Source of the DNA: a virus
IMG/VR virus record: IMGVR_UViG_3300037310_000496
DNA: 64,000 nt
Direction: 5' to 3' (one strand)
Shown here: piece after piece, positions 39,154 to 48,851 of the stretch
Layout: every line of letters begins with the position of its first letter
Numbering within the stretch: the first letter of the stretch is position 1
Notes under the pieces: generated by a model
The model's input: the letters and a program-made list of their open reading frames with translations, nothing else
What the model was told of the DNA's origin: nothing
The model's database searches: none
Position numbers and translations under genes: made by a program

Positions 39154-39879
39154 TTATCCAACCCTCCATCGATCGTTATAAGTTGAACGATGGGCTGAAT
39201 CAACATTATATACCCAATCTTTCAAAATATTTTCATCACGCCAATAGACTTCAAATTGAGGACCAGCATATATATCGCTAGTGGTAGACAATATGAAAAC
39301 TCCACGCCTAACAACTTCCAATCTTTCACGCAATTGTTTAAACAAAGCTTCAGTGCCCATTCCTTCACCCCATAGCTTTGACATCTGACTATAGTTAAAA
39401 AGTGATATATTGCCATCACTTTGAATGAAGTTGACATTATTCATGAGCAGATAAGCATTATACAATGACAACATCTGCCAATAGACACGAGCCAGCCGTT
39501 CAAGTGGAGTTTTAGGACTATATAAATCCAGACCGAAATTTTGAATTTCCGCTAAAACTTCGGACAATCCCCATTCAATGACAGTCTCTGCCGTCTCATC
39601 GTTCAAGCCATCCCTAGAAACATAGGAAACCAAAACCTCAGTGCCAGCAGGTTGGATGACATCCAATTTCACCGATATCTTATCGTGTGATCCATTGATA
39701 GCCAAATTGGTTGTCCGTGATATATCAGTTTTTAGCCATACACCAATAACTTCAACAATCCTTCCAAATTGAACATATATTCGTCCTGAAGAAGTGACCG
39801 TCCTCAATTCATCAGTCGACTCCTGGAATTGTTCTGTCCCTATTTCCATAAGAAGAGACCGCAATTTCTTGACATCCAT
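39154..39879 (-). CDS. Probable head-tail adaptor
   Basis: Position two genes after MCP; helical domain with DGNISL. Confidence 0.45.
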   Translation of the reverse strand: MDVKKLRSLLMEIGTEQFQESTDELRTVTSSGRIYVQFGRIVEVIGVWLKTDISRTTNLAINGSHDKISVKLDVIQPAGTEVLVSYVSRDGLNDETAETVIEWGLSEVLAEIQNFGLDLYSPKTPLERLARVYWQMLSLYNAYLLMNNVNFIQSDGNISLFNYSQMSKLWGEGMGTEALFKQLRERLEVVRRGVFILSTTSDIYAGPQFEVYWRDENILKDWVYNVDSAHRSTYNDRWRVG

Positions 39880-39881
39880 AT

Positions 39882-40388
39882 CTATAAACCTCCACTAGTT
39901 GATTTTACCAATAGATAAAACTGACATTCACCATTGGCATTCAAATACGATTTCTGATCCGACACTAAACCTGATGCATTAAACTGGACTTCATATTGGT
40001 TGTATTGTCCACTCAACAATGTGTCATTTTCAATTTCATCCAACGGAAAAAGCCTAAGATTTTCAGAAACAACACCTCCCTGTTTAGCTGAATAAGTGCA
40101 TCTTCCCCGTATACCAGTATTGCTGCCTGATATTATACTATGTTTTCTGGTAGGCGGATGAACCATGTCAATCGACAACGACACTGCTTTGGGTATCGAC
40201 ACTAGACCACCTGGATTGTTCCACACTCGAAATGACAATGAATTTCCAGTCATGTTTATCGTTCCCATCGCTATAGAACGAATGGAATTATTTGATGTAT
40301 CCGTGACAACAATCAATGGATTACCCATAATATCATATGACATATGACATAAACATTCATTTAAACTTCCACATAGACCAATTGACAC
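39882..40388 (-). CDS. Hypothetical virion protein
   Basis: 168 aa ORF in head operon. Confidence 0.5.
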   Translation of the reverse strand: MSIGLCGSLNECLCHMSYDIMGNPLIVVTDTSNNSIRSIAMGTINMTGNSLSFRVWNNPGGLVSIPKAVSLSIDMVHPPTRKHSIISGSNTGIRGRCTYSAKQGGVVSENLRLFPLDEIENDTLLSGQYNQYEVQFNASGLVSDQKSYLNANGECQFYLLVKSTSGGL

Positions 40389-40435
40389 TTGATCATACTA
40401 GCAATCAAAAAGATCTCTAACATCTCCAACATCAA

Positions 40436-41524
40436 TTATGCAAATTTCGATTGTGGCAATGAAATGCCACGAACATTGATGCCTTTGACACCAGCGGAAG
40501 GCTCCTTAGCCGCAAAACCATATCTAGCTCTAAATGTCAATGACGATATGTCTTTAAAAGCATCATGTGGTGGAACTTCAGACGTTAATGGCTGACGTTC
40601 TACAAACTCGGCAAATTCTTCATGGTCATAAACAATAATTTCGTTGCCAACCAGTGGACTGATAACCAATCTTTCAATCTGACCAATATGAGGCAGTACT
40701 GGTGCACCTGGTGTAGCACCCTCAATTATTCTCATTGCCTTGTTTGACGAGACGTATTTCCATTTTCCTGCAGCATCCTTCCATTCATCTAACTTTAACC
40801 ATTCGTTAAAACTAGACGATGACATCAAACATGTAGTTGGTCGATACGATTGTTCTGTTTCAAGAATATAAACTAAATCAATAATCATATCATGGGATAA
40901 CCTATTTGAAGGATAATCTGGAGAATTGAAATTTAAAACATGTGAATTAAAACGTATTCCCTTAAAGTTAGTTCCATCAGCCACTCCTTTTGATATACCC
41001 GATAGGATTACACTGGTTTCAAGCTCGTCAAATGCATCTACAATCTTCTTGACAACCATACCCATCAAATCTGGTTCCATACTGGCTAGAAGTTCATCAG
41101 TAAACTCGACGGCCAAACCAACCTTATACACCCGTGTATACCGGCTGGACAAGTCAAACATCACTGTTCTTTTTTGGGCACCAGGAGCAGTCGGTGCCGC
41201 GGTTACACCACCACCAACCATCCATTGGTAGAAATCACTATCAGTCCGACTTGACATAACTAAATTTCTTGCCGGAAATTTGTTTCGTGTATATGTCTTT
41301 ATACTACGATCAACTGCCACCTTGGTAAATATACCAAGTGTACGCGGATCAACATAACTACTAATAATGTCCTCAATCGTTTGTTTGGTAGTACGATTTG
41401 ACCGGATCAACGATTGTGAACTTCCTGAAAAACTTTCAAGAGTAGCTCCAGGCTGTAAATAGTTGGAAATTATCTTGTCGGCAGACATATTAATTTGGAT
41501 TTGTTTTGGATGCATATTTATCAC
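40436..41524 (-). CDS. Major capsid protein (HK97 fold)
   Basis: YKVGLAVEFTDELL, IVDAFDELET.VILSG, TCLMS..F..W.KL, YGFAAKEPSA; follows protease/scaffold. Confidence 0.85.
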   Translation of the reverse strand: MINMHPKQIQINMSADKIISNYLQPGATLESFSGSSQSLIRSNRTTKQTIEDIISSYVDPRTLGIFTKVAVDRSIKTYTRNKFPARNLVMSSRTDSDFYQWMVGGGVTAAPTAPGAQKRTVMFDLSSRYTRVYKVGLAVEFTDELLASMEPDLMGMVVKKIVDAFDELETSVILSGISKGVADGTNFKGIRFNSHVLNFNSPDYPSNRLSHDMIIDLVYILETEQSYRPTTCLMSSSSFNEWLKLDEWKDAAGKWKYVSSNKAMRIIEGATPGAPVLPHIGQIERLVISPLVGNEIIVYDHEEFAEFVERQPLTSEVPPHDAFKDISSLTFRARYGFAAKEPSAGVKGINVRGISLPQSKFA

Positions 41525-41534
41525 TCCTTCAAAC

Positions 41535-42194
41535 TTAGACCGGTAACGGTCTCATAAACTGGATATAACCCCACTCACTGCCAACAACTGGCAGCATTGC
41601 CAATTCACCAATTTTCACAATACCTGAAACACCACTCTGGTCACTTATTGTCAAATATCCAGCCTTTCCTGTATGGGATCCATCCGTTTTACTTACATAG
41701 ACAGTTTTACCCACATCAGCTACACCAAGAACTGCAGCCGCATTTCCTGTGGTATTCCAAAACCGAGCTAACACCAATGGCTGTCCACCAATCAAACATG
41801 ACGTTCGAGCTAAAGGACCTCCAATAGTCGTGATAAGACGACCTAAGTCATAATCGTCCAAAACCAAATCACCATATTGATCACCCAAATTTGGACGGTT
41901 TTCCGGAAACGAATATGTAATTATGCCAGCTGGATTAAGAGCTGCCAAGTTTGAATATGTAGGGTCATGAAGGTCAACTTCAGCAACTAATGCCTCTCCT
42001 GAACCTCCAGTGGCATAATTCTGCCAAAATCCTTCTTTATAGGCGACAGGTGGAAAACGATACGATACAAACATGCCTGCCCTGAAAATTTTAGAATAAC
42101 TGGCAAGATATGGTACAACATCAATGATGGTCGCCCCTCCATTTCCATATGGAAAAACAGGGTGGGATATTTTTTGTGGAATAGGACTTGACAT
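41535..42194 (-). CDS. Probable head decoration/minor capsid protein
   Basis: FRAGMFV, VGKTVYVS..GYLT pattern, directly before MCP. Confidence 0.45.
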   Translation of the reverse strand: MSSPIPQKISHPVFPYGNGGATIIDVVPYLASYSKIFRAGMFVSYRFPPVAYKEGFWQNYATGGSGEALVAEVDLHDPTYSNLAALNPAGIITYSFPENRPNLGDQYGDLVLDDYDLGRLITTIGGPLARTSCLIGGQPLVLARFWNTTGNAAAVLGVADVGKTVYVSKTDGSHTGKAGYLTISDQSGVSGIVKIGELAMLPVVGSEWGYIQFMRPLPV

Positions 42195-42206
42195 TCTTAA
42201 AACCTC

Positions 42207-42662
42207 TCAATAATAAATTCCTTGGGACATGTGTTCAATCTTGACTTCATCCTTCTCGGAATCAGTCAAATCGATCGGCAGCCCAAATGCCAATCCTACC
42301 AAACTTATCAAACCATCAGTCAATTCCCGACCAGACGTCTTCGACATGGGTGGAATTGAACGATTGCCATTCAGGCGTGCCAAACCTGAATCAAGTTTCT
42401 TTTCAGGTACCTGAAATGACTGGAGCGTCTTCTCCAAAATCTTCAGGCTAGTTACATCCATAGCCTTCAAATTATCCAATTTGATTTCATCTTTCATCGA
42501 AGTGGATGAAGCTAAAGTGATGATATGGTCAATAATGTCATTTTTTGACTGGCTCTGGAGGGAATCCACTCTTTCCTTTAGAGAGGAGACCACTGACGTC
42601 AGACCTGAAATGACTCCAGCGATGTCGCCAGTAGTTGCAGTATGGGTTTCATTTTGGCTCAT
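42207..42662 (-). CDS. Probable scaffolding protein
   Basis: Coiled-coil N-terminus, between protease and capsid genes. Confidence 0.45.
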   Translation of the reverse strand: MSQNETHTATTGDIAGVISGLTSVVSSLKERVDSLQSQSKNDIIDHIITLASSTSMKDEIKLDNLKAMDVTSLKILEKTLQSFQVPEKKLDSGLARLNGNRSIPPMSKTSGRELTDGLISLVGLAFGLPIDLTDSEKDEVKIEHMSQGIYY

Positions 42663-43708
42663 TTGGAGATGCTCACCAGTATATGTTCAATAGACTCTAT
42701 TTGATCTATTAAAATCTTTAGACTGTTCAATATTTCAATATCTAATTTTGACGATTTAACTTCATTACCCAAATTTTTATTTGCGGTATTGGCATTTGCA
42801 GTATTGACATTTGCAGCATTGTCATTCGTTACATCCAAAGACAGTGCAAGACCACTATGTGCCTGCATCAATCCAGCTATCATTTTATTGCTTGACAACG
42901 ACACAACTGATGAATATGGAGATGAATTCATTTCCAATGATGTATCATACGCTGGCATAGTAACAATGCTCGTCTCGATATGCTTAGCATGATATGCCTC
43001 CGGAAAATTATTCTTGCCATCATAAGGATGATCACATGTATTTGACCACCCAAAAAACGATTGGTTATATTTCTTGCCACAATTTGATATACCACATCGG
43101 AAATCATCCACCAAAATAGATGCCGAAACACTCTTGAACATCTCAAGACGTTCCACAACCGGATGGCAACGATTGAGCTTGGCTTGATATACCACTTCCT
43201 GCCTATCCTTGTCATACTTCAAGTCAGTCACCCTTCCTACCATACTTTCCACATTCATGAAATCATGGTTAATGAAAAAATTATGGAGATATGGAACATC
43301 CCTAGTCTTATTGAAATCCTCAACAATGGATTCCATTGCCGAGGATGTCATTCTCCATCCTTTTCGGTTGATGGAGGAATTGAAAAGGATCCCACTTATC
43401 AAAGTATATTCATTGTCATTTTTACCATTCTTACCATTCCTGCCATTTTTATCATTCTTGCCATCTAATGAAAGAAACAAATGATCATTAGATATAGATG
43501 ACCATTCAACTACGATTGAATCATCTTTATACGATTCCTTCATTGAAGTTGGCAATTGGTCAATAGACTGTACCGACATTTGTGCCGTTGACTGTGCAAT
43601 CGTTTGAGTTGTCGACTGAATAGGCAACGAAACGATTGCCGGTACAGAAGATTGAATGGATAGTTGACTTGATGACATCATGATCAATATATCATTGCAA
43701 TCAATCAT
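42659..43708 (-). CDS. Prohead maturation protease
   Basis: FINHD..VESMVGRV (His), SVSAS (Ser), ETSIVTMPAY; internal CxxxxC..CDH insertion. Confidence 0.8.
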   Translation of the reverse strand: MIDCNDILIMMSSSQLSIQSSVPAIVSLPIQSTTQTIAQSTAQMSVQSIDQLPTSMKESYKDDSIVVEWSSISNDHLFLSLDGKNDKNGRNGKNGKNDNEYTLISGILFNSSINRKGWRMTSSAMESIVEDFNKTRDVPYLHNFFINHDFMNVESMVGRVTDLKYDKDRQEVVYQAKLNRCHPVVERLEMFKSVSASILVDDFRCGISNCGKKYNQSFFGWSNTCDHPYDGKNNFPEAYHAKHIETSIVTMPAYDTSLEMNSSPYSSVVSLSSNKMIAGLMQAHSGLALSLDVTNDNAANVNTANANTANKNLGNEVKSSKLDIEILNSLKILIDQIESIEHILVSISK

Positions 43709-43768
43709 TTATTAATTATATGTCTTTTCGTGACAATTTACATTGATTTTTTACAGTCAAACTGCAAT

Positions 43769-45589
43769 TCATTTCTTATGTGAAATATTCATGAATGTAT
43801 TTTTATAATCTTTGAAATCTTTAGACCCTTTAGAATATTTTAAACCTTTAGAATCTTTAGAACTTTTGGAATTTTTAGAATCTTTGGAATCTTTGGGATC
43901 TTTTGGATCTTTGGAATCACCATTGACGGAATTGACTCCACCATTGCCATCTGAACCATTATGGCTTTCCTTCATTACATTTTGTGGTTTTTGGTACCGA
44001 ATTGGCGCCGACAAATCCTCATCATTGACTTCCCCATCATATCCCATCTCCTCCCGAATTTCACGAGGAGTGAGAATGCCTTCCCTGGCATACACTTGAT
44101 GGCGCAGACGACGGTCAGCAACCGATTCCATAGTATTCCACACCAACTGCGGTATTCGGGAAAGAAACGATGGGGATAAGTTAGGATAGAAGACAACCGG
44201 AGGTTCATTGCCATTCTTGATGTCTTCCAGAACGGAATCACAGTCCTGGACATCCATGCGGGAACCATGCCTCAACGGATCGCCAATTATACAGTCAGGG
44301 TACAGTTGAGTCGAATGATGGTTGGAAACAACTTTTTGAATGAACATCAACTGACGTGACATGATTTCCAGTTGGATGACCGAACCTTCCCCACTTCCAC
44401 CACGACCTGTAAGAACCGGTGGCAAACCAATGCCGTTTGTTTCCTGCTCTTCAAAATATCTCAAGTATGGTTCTGCATTAGGCAAGTTCTTGCCAAGTTC
44501 TTTTTCTTCAACATCGAAATACCATGGCAACAAAATAAACTTGAGATCCGGACGTTTTACAACCTCACGAAAAATACTCTTGGCGCCATCACCTGAAACC
44601 ATGTTTGTCTCGGTACCATATTTGAAAACCATCAAGGATGAGGCTGAATTCTCTATCATCCGAAGAACCCTTTTCTGAATGCCTATCTTCGACTTGGCAT
44701 ACGAAATCAGAGGAACCCCCAATCCATAGCCATATACCGTATCGTCATAATAGGCATTGTAGTTATAATAGACTATCTTGTGACGAGGAAGCATCACGAT
44801 GCCACCCAAATCATCACCTGAATAATCATCACCCTTGGATCTCCTAATGTCCTCCATCTTCTTGATAAACTTGTCTACATCACGATAGGATATCGTAATA
44901 CCACCCAAAGTACGGGTAGTGTCAACCATACTTTGAATGAAATAAAGGATATTGCCATGGTCATCGACCACATTGTGCATGGTGTCAGGAGAAAGGACTT
45001 TTAGACCCTGCACACCCCATCCTCCATCTGCCATACCTTTCTTATCATATATTTTCTCGACCCATACATTGCCAGTCGCCATCATGGAATGAATCTCTTG
45101 ACGAAGGACATGGTCATAGTTGACCTTACGAGCCCACAACTTCCAATAACCCTCCGAAATCTCCGGAAACACCGGACTGGGAGATATCTCCATTGGGACA
45201 TCCACCATCTTGAAACGATAGCCATATCCAATGGAAAGTTCCGACCTAATATTCAAACCCTGGTTTATACCAGGCTCCGCATTGATCATGTCAATGATAG
45301 ACCGATACTTGATATTGTGGGACACCCCACCAAACTCATCCCCAAATTGATCCTCAGACATCACCACCTTAGACTCCTTGCCAGAACCATTGCCCACTGA
45401 CATGGTTTCGTCAGCCAACCCTAGATCAATGACCCGCTTAGTCTTGGTGTTATATATCCCGATATGATTGGACGGAAGACCCTTAAAGATATCATTGAGC
45501 TTGTCAAAAGCCTCTTTCGTGTCCCCATCCGATTCAATCGTCACCGCATTCATCATATCCTTCCACTGGACATTCCCATTATTAACCAT
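43769..45589 (-). CDS. Portal protein
   Basis: ATGNVWVEKI, VYGYGLGVPL, GLPPVLTG, GILTPREIREEMGY. Confidence 0.9.
   Translation of the reverse strand: MVNNGNVQWKDMMNAVTIESDGDTKEAFDKLNDIFKGLPSNHIGIYNTKTKRVIDLGLADETMSVGNGSGKESKVVMSEDQFGDEFGGVSHNIKYRSIIDMINAEPGINQGLNIRSELSIGYGYRFKMVDVPMEISPSPVFPEISEGYWKLWARKVNYDHVLRQEIHSMMATGNVWVEKIYDKKGMADGGWGVQGLKVLSPDTMHNVVDDHGNILYFIQSMVDTTRTLGGITISYRDVDKFIKKMEDIRRSKGDDYSGDDLGGIVMLPRHKIVYYNYNAYYDDTVYGYGLGVPLISYAKSKIGIQKRVLRMIENSASSLMVFKYGTETNMVSGDGAKSIFREVVKRPDLKFILLPWYFDVEEKELGKNLPNAEPYLRYFEEQETNGIGLPPVLTGRGGSGEGSVIQLEIMSRQLMFIQKVVSNHHSTQLYPDCIIGDPLRHGSRMDVQDCDSVLEDIKNGNEPPVVFYPNLSPSFLSRIPQLVWNTMESVADRRLRHQVYAREGILTPREIREEMGYDGEVNDEDLSAPIRYQKPQNVMKESHNGSDGNGGVNSVNGDSKDPKDPKDSKDSKNSKSSKDSKGLKYSKGSKDFKDYKNTFMNISHKK
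43802..43918 (-). repeat. Degenerate 9-bp coding repeat x13 (xSK/xxK) at portal C-terminus
   Basis: DSKDPKDPKDSKDSKNSKSSKDSKGLKYSKGSKDFKDYK. Confidence 0.85.
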
Positions 45590-45622
45590 TTACCATTACA
45601 TCCTATGGCAGAAGGGATCCGG

Positions 45623-45690
45623 CGGCAAAACCAGACGGCAAAACCAGACGACAAAACCAGGCAGCGAAAATCAAACGCCAAAAACCAGAA
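45623..45690. repeat. 13-14 bp intergenic direct repeats upstream of portal
   Basis: cggcaaaaccaga x2, cgacaaaaccagg, cagcgaaaatcaaa, cgccaaaaaccaga. Confidence 0.7.
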
Positions 45691-45719
45691 AGTGAACAAG
45701 CAGGCAGCGAAAAATACCA

Positions 45720-46289
45720 TCAACGAGGAACATAACCATAACCACGAATAATGCACTGAATGAACGCCGCAGTGGATATGCCAGTATTGTTGTCACTAAC
45801 CGTGACCAAAATAGCATCCTTCGCTGAATCAAGAAGATTGACCATCACATCAAGCTTCTTGACCGCCCTAACCAAAGTATTGGGCGTCGTCGCCTTAGTG
45901 TCCGTCGTGAACGTCACTGTGTCAAAATACTTGATCAAATCCGCCAACGACTTAATCGTGACCTGAAGAATCGTAAACGACCGCAACTTAATCTCAATCT
46001 TCACTCCATTCGTCAAGGCAGTAGCCCCGAAAAACTTGTCAAACTCCAAAGTAGCCGCCGTCACCATCCCAACTATCTCAATGGACGATACCGTGGTGAC
46101 CACCGTATCAGCCTCCGACGTCGGATTGTCATCCATGTTCAGCCACTTCACCAAGGAATCTACAATGGGAGTTCCACCATTCGTTTTCAAGTCTACCGTA
46201 TGCTGATTAGGAACCGGCACATAATTGTCATCCTCCCTCTTGAGTCTGGCTAAGCTCAGAGAATTCAGGACATGATCATCATAAACCAT
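45720..46289 (-). CDS. Hypothetical protein (first gene of head operon)
   Basis: 189 aa, FDKFFGATALTNGVKIE. Confidence 0.6.
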   Translation of the reverse strand: MVYDDHVLNSLSLARLKREDDNYVPVPNQHTVDLKTNGGTPIVDSLVKWLNMDDNPTSEADTVVTTVSSIEIVGMVTAATLEFDKFFGATALTNGVKIEIKLRSFTILQVTIKSLADLIKYFDTVTFTTDTKATTPNTLVRAVKKLDVMVNLLDSAKDAILVTVSDNNTGISTAAFIQCIIRGYGYVPR

Positions 46290-46555
46290 TTGATTCCCAT
46301 CAATCCCGAAAAACTTAAAGATATCGATCCTAATATTTTTGCATGAATGGCATACGAAGATTTCATTTGTGGAAGGTTATATTATAATAAACAGTAAATA
46401 ACATTCGGATGGAACCATGAAAAACATTTGTATGGTCTACCCGAAGGGAGTGCCATTTTATGATGTCTGTAGAGTCTCTCTGTTTATTTTAATATACACC
46501 ATCATTTTTTTGTTGGAAATGCTTGATATATTTTGAACCGCATAGTATGGTTGTC

Positions 46556-46882
46556 GGTTTGATGACTGATTACCCCCGGGACAGCCGGGCACAAGAAAAT
46601 CGACTAAGGAATATATGGAAGAGGGGTCAGGAACTTAGTGCAATAGCGCAAAAGTTCCAATTATTCCTGATACCGTAAAGCAGCCGTACAGTGGCAACTG
46701 TCAAGCCATTTGATTTTGACAAATGAGAAATGGAACAGCCTGACAATCATTTAGTATAGCTGAAGGAAGGCACGGAGAGTAACACCCGTAGCCAATACAC
46801 CCCCCGAGCGAGTGTAGCTAACACCAGTCTGAAGCTCCGGGGAAAGCTAGTAGCTCTAGCAAGGTTCGGTTCAATCATCACC
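46556..46882 (+). ncRNA. Large structured RNA, raiA-motif-like
   Basis: Ends pair (GGU..GAUGA.UGA / UCA.UCAUC.ACC), CCCCG/CGGGG, GGAC/GUCU; ordered blocks GAAAAUCGA, GAUACCGUAAAG, AUGG, GUAGCCAAUAC, GCGAGUGU..ACCAGUC resemble raiA blocks as recalled; U6 tract follows; no ORF. Confidence 0.5.
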
Positions 46883-46933
46883 TTTTTTATCCATATTTTT
46901 TACCGGGCATTTTTATTTACGCCCACTTTTTTA
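46883..46933 (+). terminator. Oligo-T terminator-like tracts after the ncRNA
   Basis: Four T5-T6 runs in 50 nt. Confidence 0.4.
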
Positions 46934-46989
46934 TGTTTACACCTAAAGGTGCATAGACTACCTCAGTAGCCCTAGCACCGGGTGAGAAC

Positions 46990-47238
46990 ATGGTAACACA
47001 AGAAAAATACATAACAACTGGAAAAAGGCTCATTCGAGCCCTTCAGAATTCCGGCATTGGTTATGCCGTAAAATTGTCTAGACAACCATTTATCAGATAT
47101 CAATCTGGTAAATATATAGTGTATGAGGTTCGGTTAAATTCCGGAATTCACAAGTTCCACATAAATGTAACCAATGAAAAAGAAGCCATAATGTGGGAAA
47201 ACCCATATCGGCAACATATTTCGGAACTGAAGGAGTAG
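46990..47238 (+). CDS. Early-region hypothetical protein
   Basis: 82 aa; hairpin GGTGC/GCACC then GGGTGA-4nt-ATG. Confidence 0.6.
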   Translation: MVTQEKYITTGKRLIRALQNSGIGYAVKLSRQPFIRYQSGKYIVYEVRLNSGIHKFHINVTNEKEAIMWENPYRQHISELKE

Positions 47239-47259
47239 AGCTCCTTCAGTTCAGAAACC

Positions 47260-47310
47260 AAACCTAGCCAAGACTAGCTTGGCATGCTGGTGCGACTCCA
47301 GCTAGGTTTA
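47260..47310 (+). ncRNA. Anticodon-less tRNA-like element 1
   Basis: AAACCUA/UAGGUUU acceptor, GCCAAG/CUUGGC hairpin, T arm GCUGG-UGCGACU-CCAGC. Confidence 0.7.
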
Positions 47311-47660
47311 TGAGCCTCTCTCGGAGGCTACTTGAGGACCGTCCGGTAGAAGTCCTGTAGCTCCTACCAGGAACGGTCCTATACGGTGAAATACCCACCG
47401 AGCCATATAGTGAAAACTATATGGACGATGGGTATGGTAGCCCTAGTAGCCGAGAAAAGAGGCTCCAGCTACCGATATTACCTATCGGTAGCATTCTTGC
47501 CCTAGGCATAGGGCAAGAAAAAGAGTCGATGACCTCGACTCTAGGCAGACCCTAGGCGTGACTAGGGTCGGACCAACATACCTCCAGTCATGAAGGAGGT
47601 ATGGACATCACCCACTAGCTATGGGTGATGTCGAGGGTGGAGTAGCCCTATGGGCTACTT
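47311..47660 (+). other. Array of about 11 back-to-back hairpins (non-coding)
   Basis: e.g. TTGCCCTA/TAGGGCAA 47497-47516, GAGTCGA/TCGACTC 47523-47541, CATACCTCC/GGAGGTATG 47577-47603, GACATCACCCA/TGGGTGATGTC 47604-47632, GTAGCCC/GGGCTAC 47642-47658. Confidence 0.85.
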
Positions 47661-47663
47661 CTA

Positions 47664-47706
47664 GTTCCCCCGAAGTAATATGGGAGTGCAACTCTTCCAG
47701 GGGACA
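47664..47706 (+). ncRNA. Anticodon-less tRNA-like element 2
   Basis: GUUCCC/GGGGAC stem, T arm GGGAG-UGCAACU-CUUCC, followed by AUCC and hairpin. Confidence 0.65.
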
Positions 47707-47781
47707 TCCGCCTATAGATCACATATCTATAGGTTTATCAGGCACTCGTCTGCCTGGGAATCCAGACGAGGGGTGAAAAAA

Positions 47782-48114
47782 ATGAACAACATAAATAAAA
47801 CAGAAGATGTCATAATTTTCTGTATGTGCACAAAGGAATGCACCTTTGTGCACGTACAGAAAACTGACTGTCAATGGGACTGTCGTTCCATTGACAGTTT
47901 GACCATCTGTCGGGACCACTCGTATGTCCCGACAGATACACCTTTCTGTCGGGGTTGCAGTCTAAAAATCAAAAAGACTGCCGCCCCGGCAGATCTTCCA
48001 AGTTGCAGAATTAACTGTGACGTACGTTCGATACGTCACAGTGAATTCTGTGACCGGTTCATGAACAACCATGCCAAATTATGGCGTGGTAATGATTACA
48101 TAGGACCTGAGTAA
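47782..48114 (+). CDS. Cys/His-rich small protein
   Basis: ATG 47782 after GGGTGA; about 10 Cys in CxxC-like spacing. Confidence 0.65.
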   Translation: MNNINKTEDVIIFCMCTKECTFVHVQKTDCQWDCRSIDSLTICRDHSYVPTDTPFCRGCSLKIKKTAAPADLPSCRINCDVRSIRHSEFCDRFMNNHAKLWRGNDYIGPE

Positions 48115-48126
48115 TCTCAGGTCTAA

Positions 48127-48176
48127 ACCCCTAGCCTAGATGGAGGCTAGCGGAGGTTCGATTCCTCCTAGGGGTA
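48127..48176 (+). ncRNA. Anticodon-less tRNA-like element 3
   Basis: ACCCCUA/UAGGGGU, GCCU-AGAUGG-AGGC, T arm GGAGG-UUCGAUU-CCUCC, then AUCC. Confidence 0.8.
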
Positions 48177-48254
48177 TCCGATCCATGGGAACATATCCAT
48201 GGATCATAAAGGGTCCCAGCCTACCCTGGAGACTAGGCTGGAAAGGTGAGTGCA

Positions 48255-48710
48255 ATGAAAGTGATTTTTAGATCGGCATCTCTGCCGTTTTTCTCGTGGC
48301 TTATAGCCACGAAAAAAGAACGGGCAGAGATAGCCCGCCGTGGCGGGTATAGCCACGGCGAAAAATTCGAAGCCTCCACAGGTGACTTTGTCACCTGTGG
48401 TGGCAACCGATACGGAAGAACCGGTACATATACCGGTTCGTTCCGGGGAATAACTGGAAGTAACGGTCTAATTGACCAATACTTCCAGTACAAGACCCTC
48501 CCGGGTAAAATTACCCGGGAGTGGAAATATCTCCCCAAGGAGGAGAAAAACCTCCTCCTTGAGGAATTTTCACAGTTAGTGATCATGGCGATCACTAGCT
48601 GCGAAACCGAAGGGGTTAATAGACTCCTTCGGTTAAAAATTCCACGAGGAAGAATCCTCGTGAAGGGTGAGCACCACAAGAATTGTGGTGCTTGCACCGT
48701 TTGGAAATAG
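48255..48710 (+). CDS. Early-region hypothetical protein
   Basis: ATG 48255 after AGGTGA; C-terminal HHKNCGAC. Confidence 0.65.
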   Translation: MKVIFRSASLPFFSWLIATKKERAEIARRGGYSHGEKFEASTGDFVTCGGNRYGRTGTYTGSFRGITGSNGLIDQYFQYKTLPGKITREWKYLPKEEKNLLLEEFSQLVIMAITSCETEGVNRLLRLKIPRGRILVKGEHHKNCGACTVWK

Positions 48711-48724
48711 AAAACCTATTTCCT

Positions 48725-48779
48725 ATCTCCCGCCCAGAGTAGGCTGGGCATTGATGGAGTTCGAATCTCCAGGGAGACA
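48725..48779 (+). ncRNA. Anticodon-less tRNA-like element 4
   Basis: UCUCCC/GGGAGA, GCCCAG/CUGGGC, T arm UGGAG-UUCGAAU-CUCCA, then AUCC. Confidence 0.8.
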
Positions 48780-48851
48780 TCCCCCATAGGTTTTCACCTA
48801 TGGGTATCAATGGTACTAGCCTGCCATGGAAACTAGGCTAGAGGTGGAAAA

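Noticed and set aside
46556-46882. RNase P RNA: P1/P2-like closing helices, possible AGCCGGG/UUCGGUU pseudoknot and a CR-V-like GCAAGGUUCGGUUCA
   Set aside because: CR-I is degenerate (GGACAGCC rather than GGAAAGUC), the universal bulged U and P3 are missing, and CR-II/III are not clear; the raiA-like reading explains more blocks. Worth including in the cmscan.
47680-47781. N-terminal extension of the 47680..48114 ORF
   Set aside because: Overlaps tRNA mimic 2 and the pre-SD hairpin; the SD-positioned ATG is at 47782
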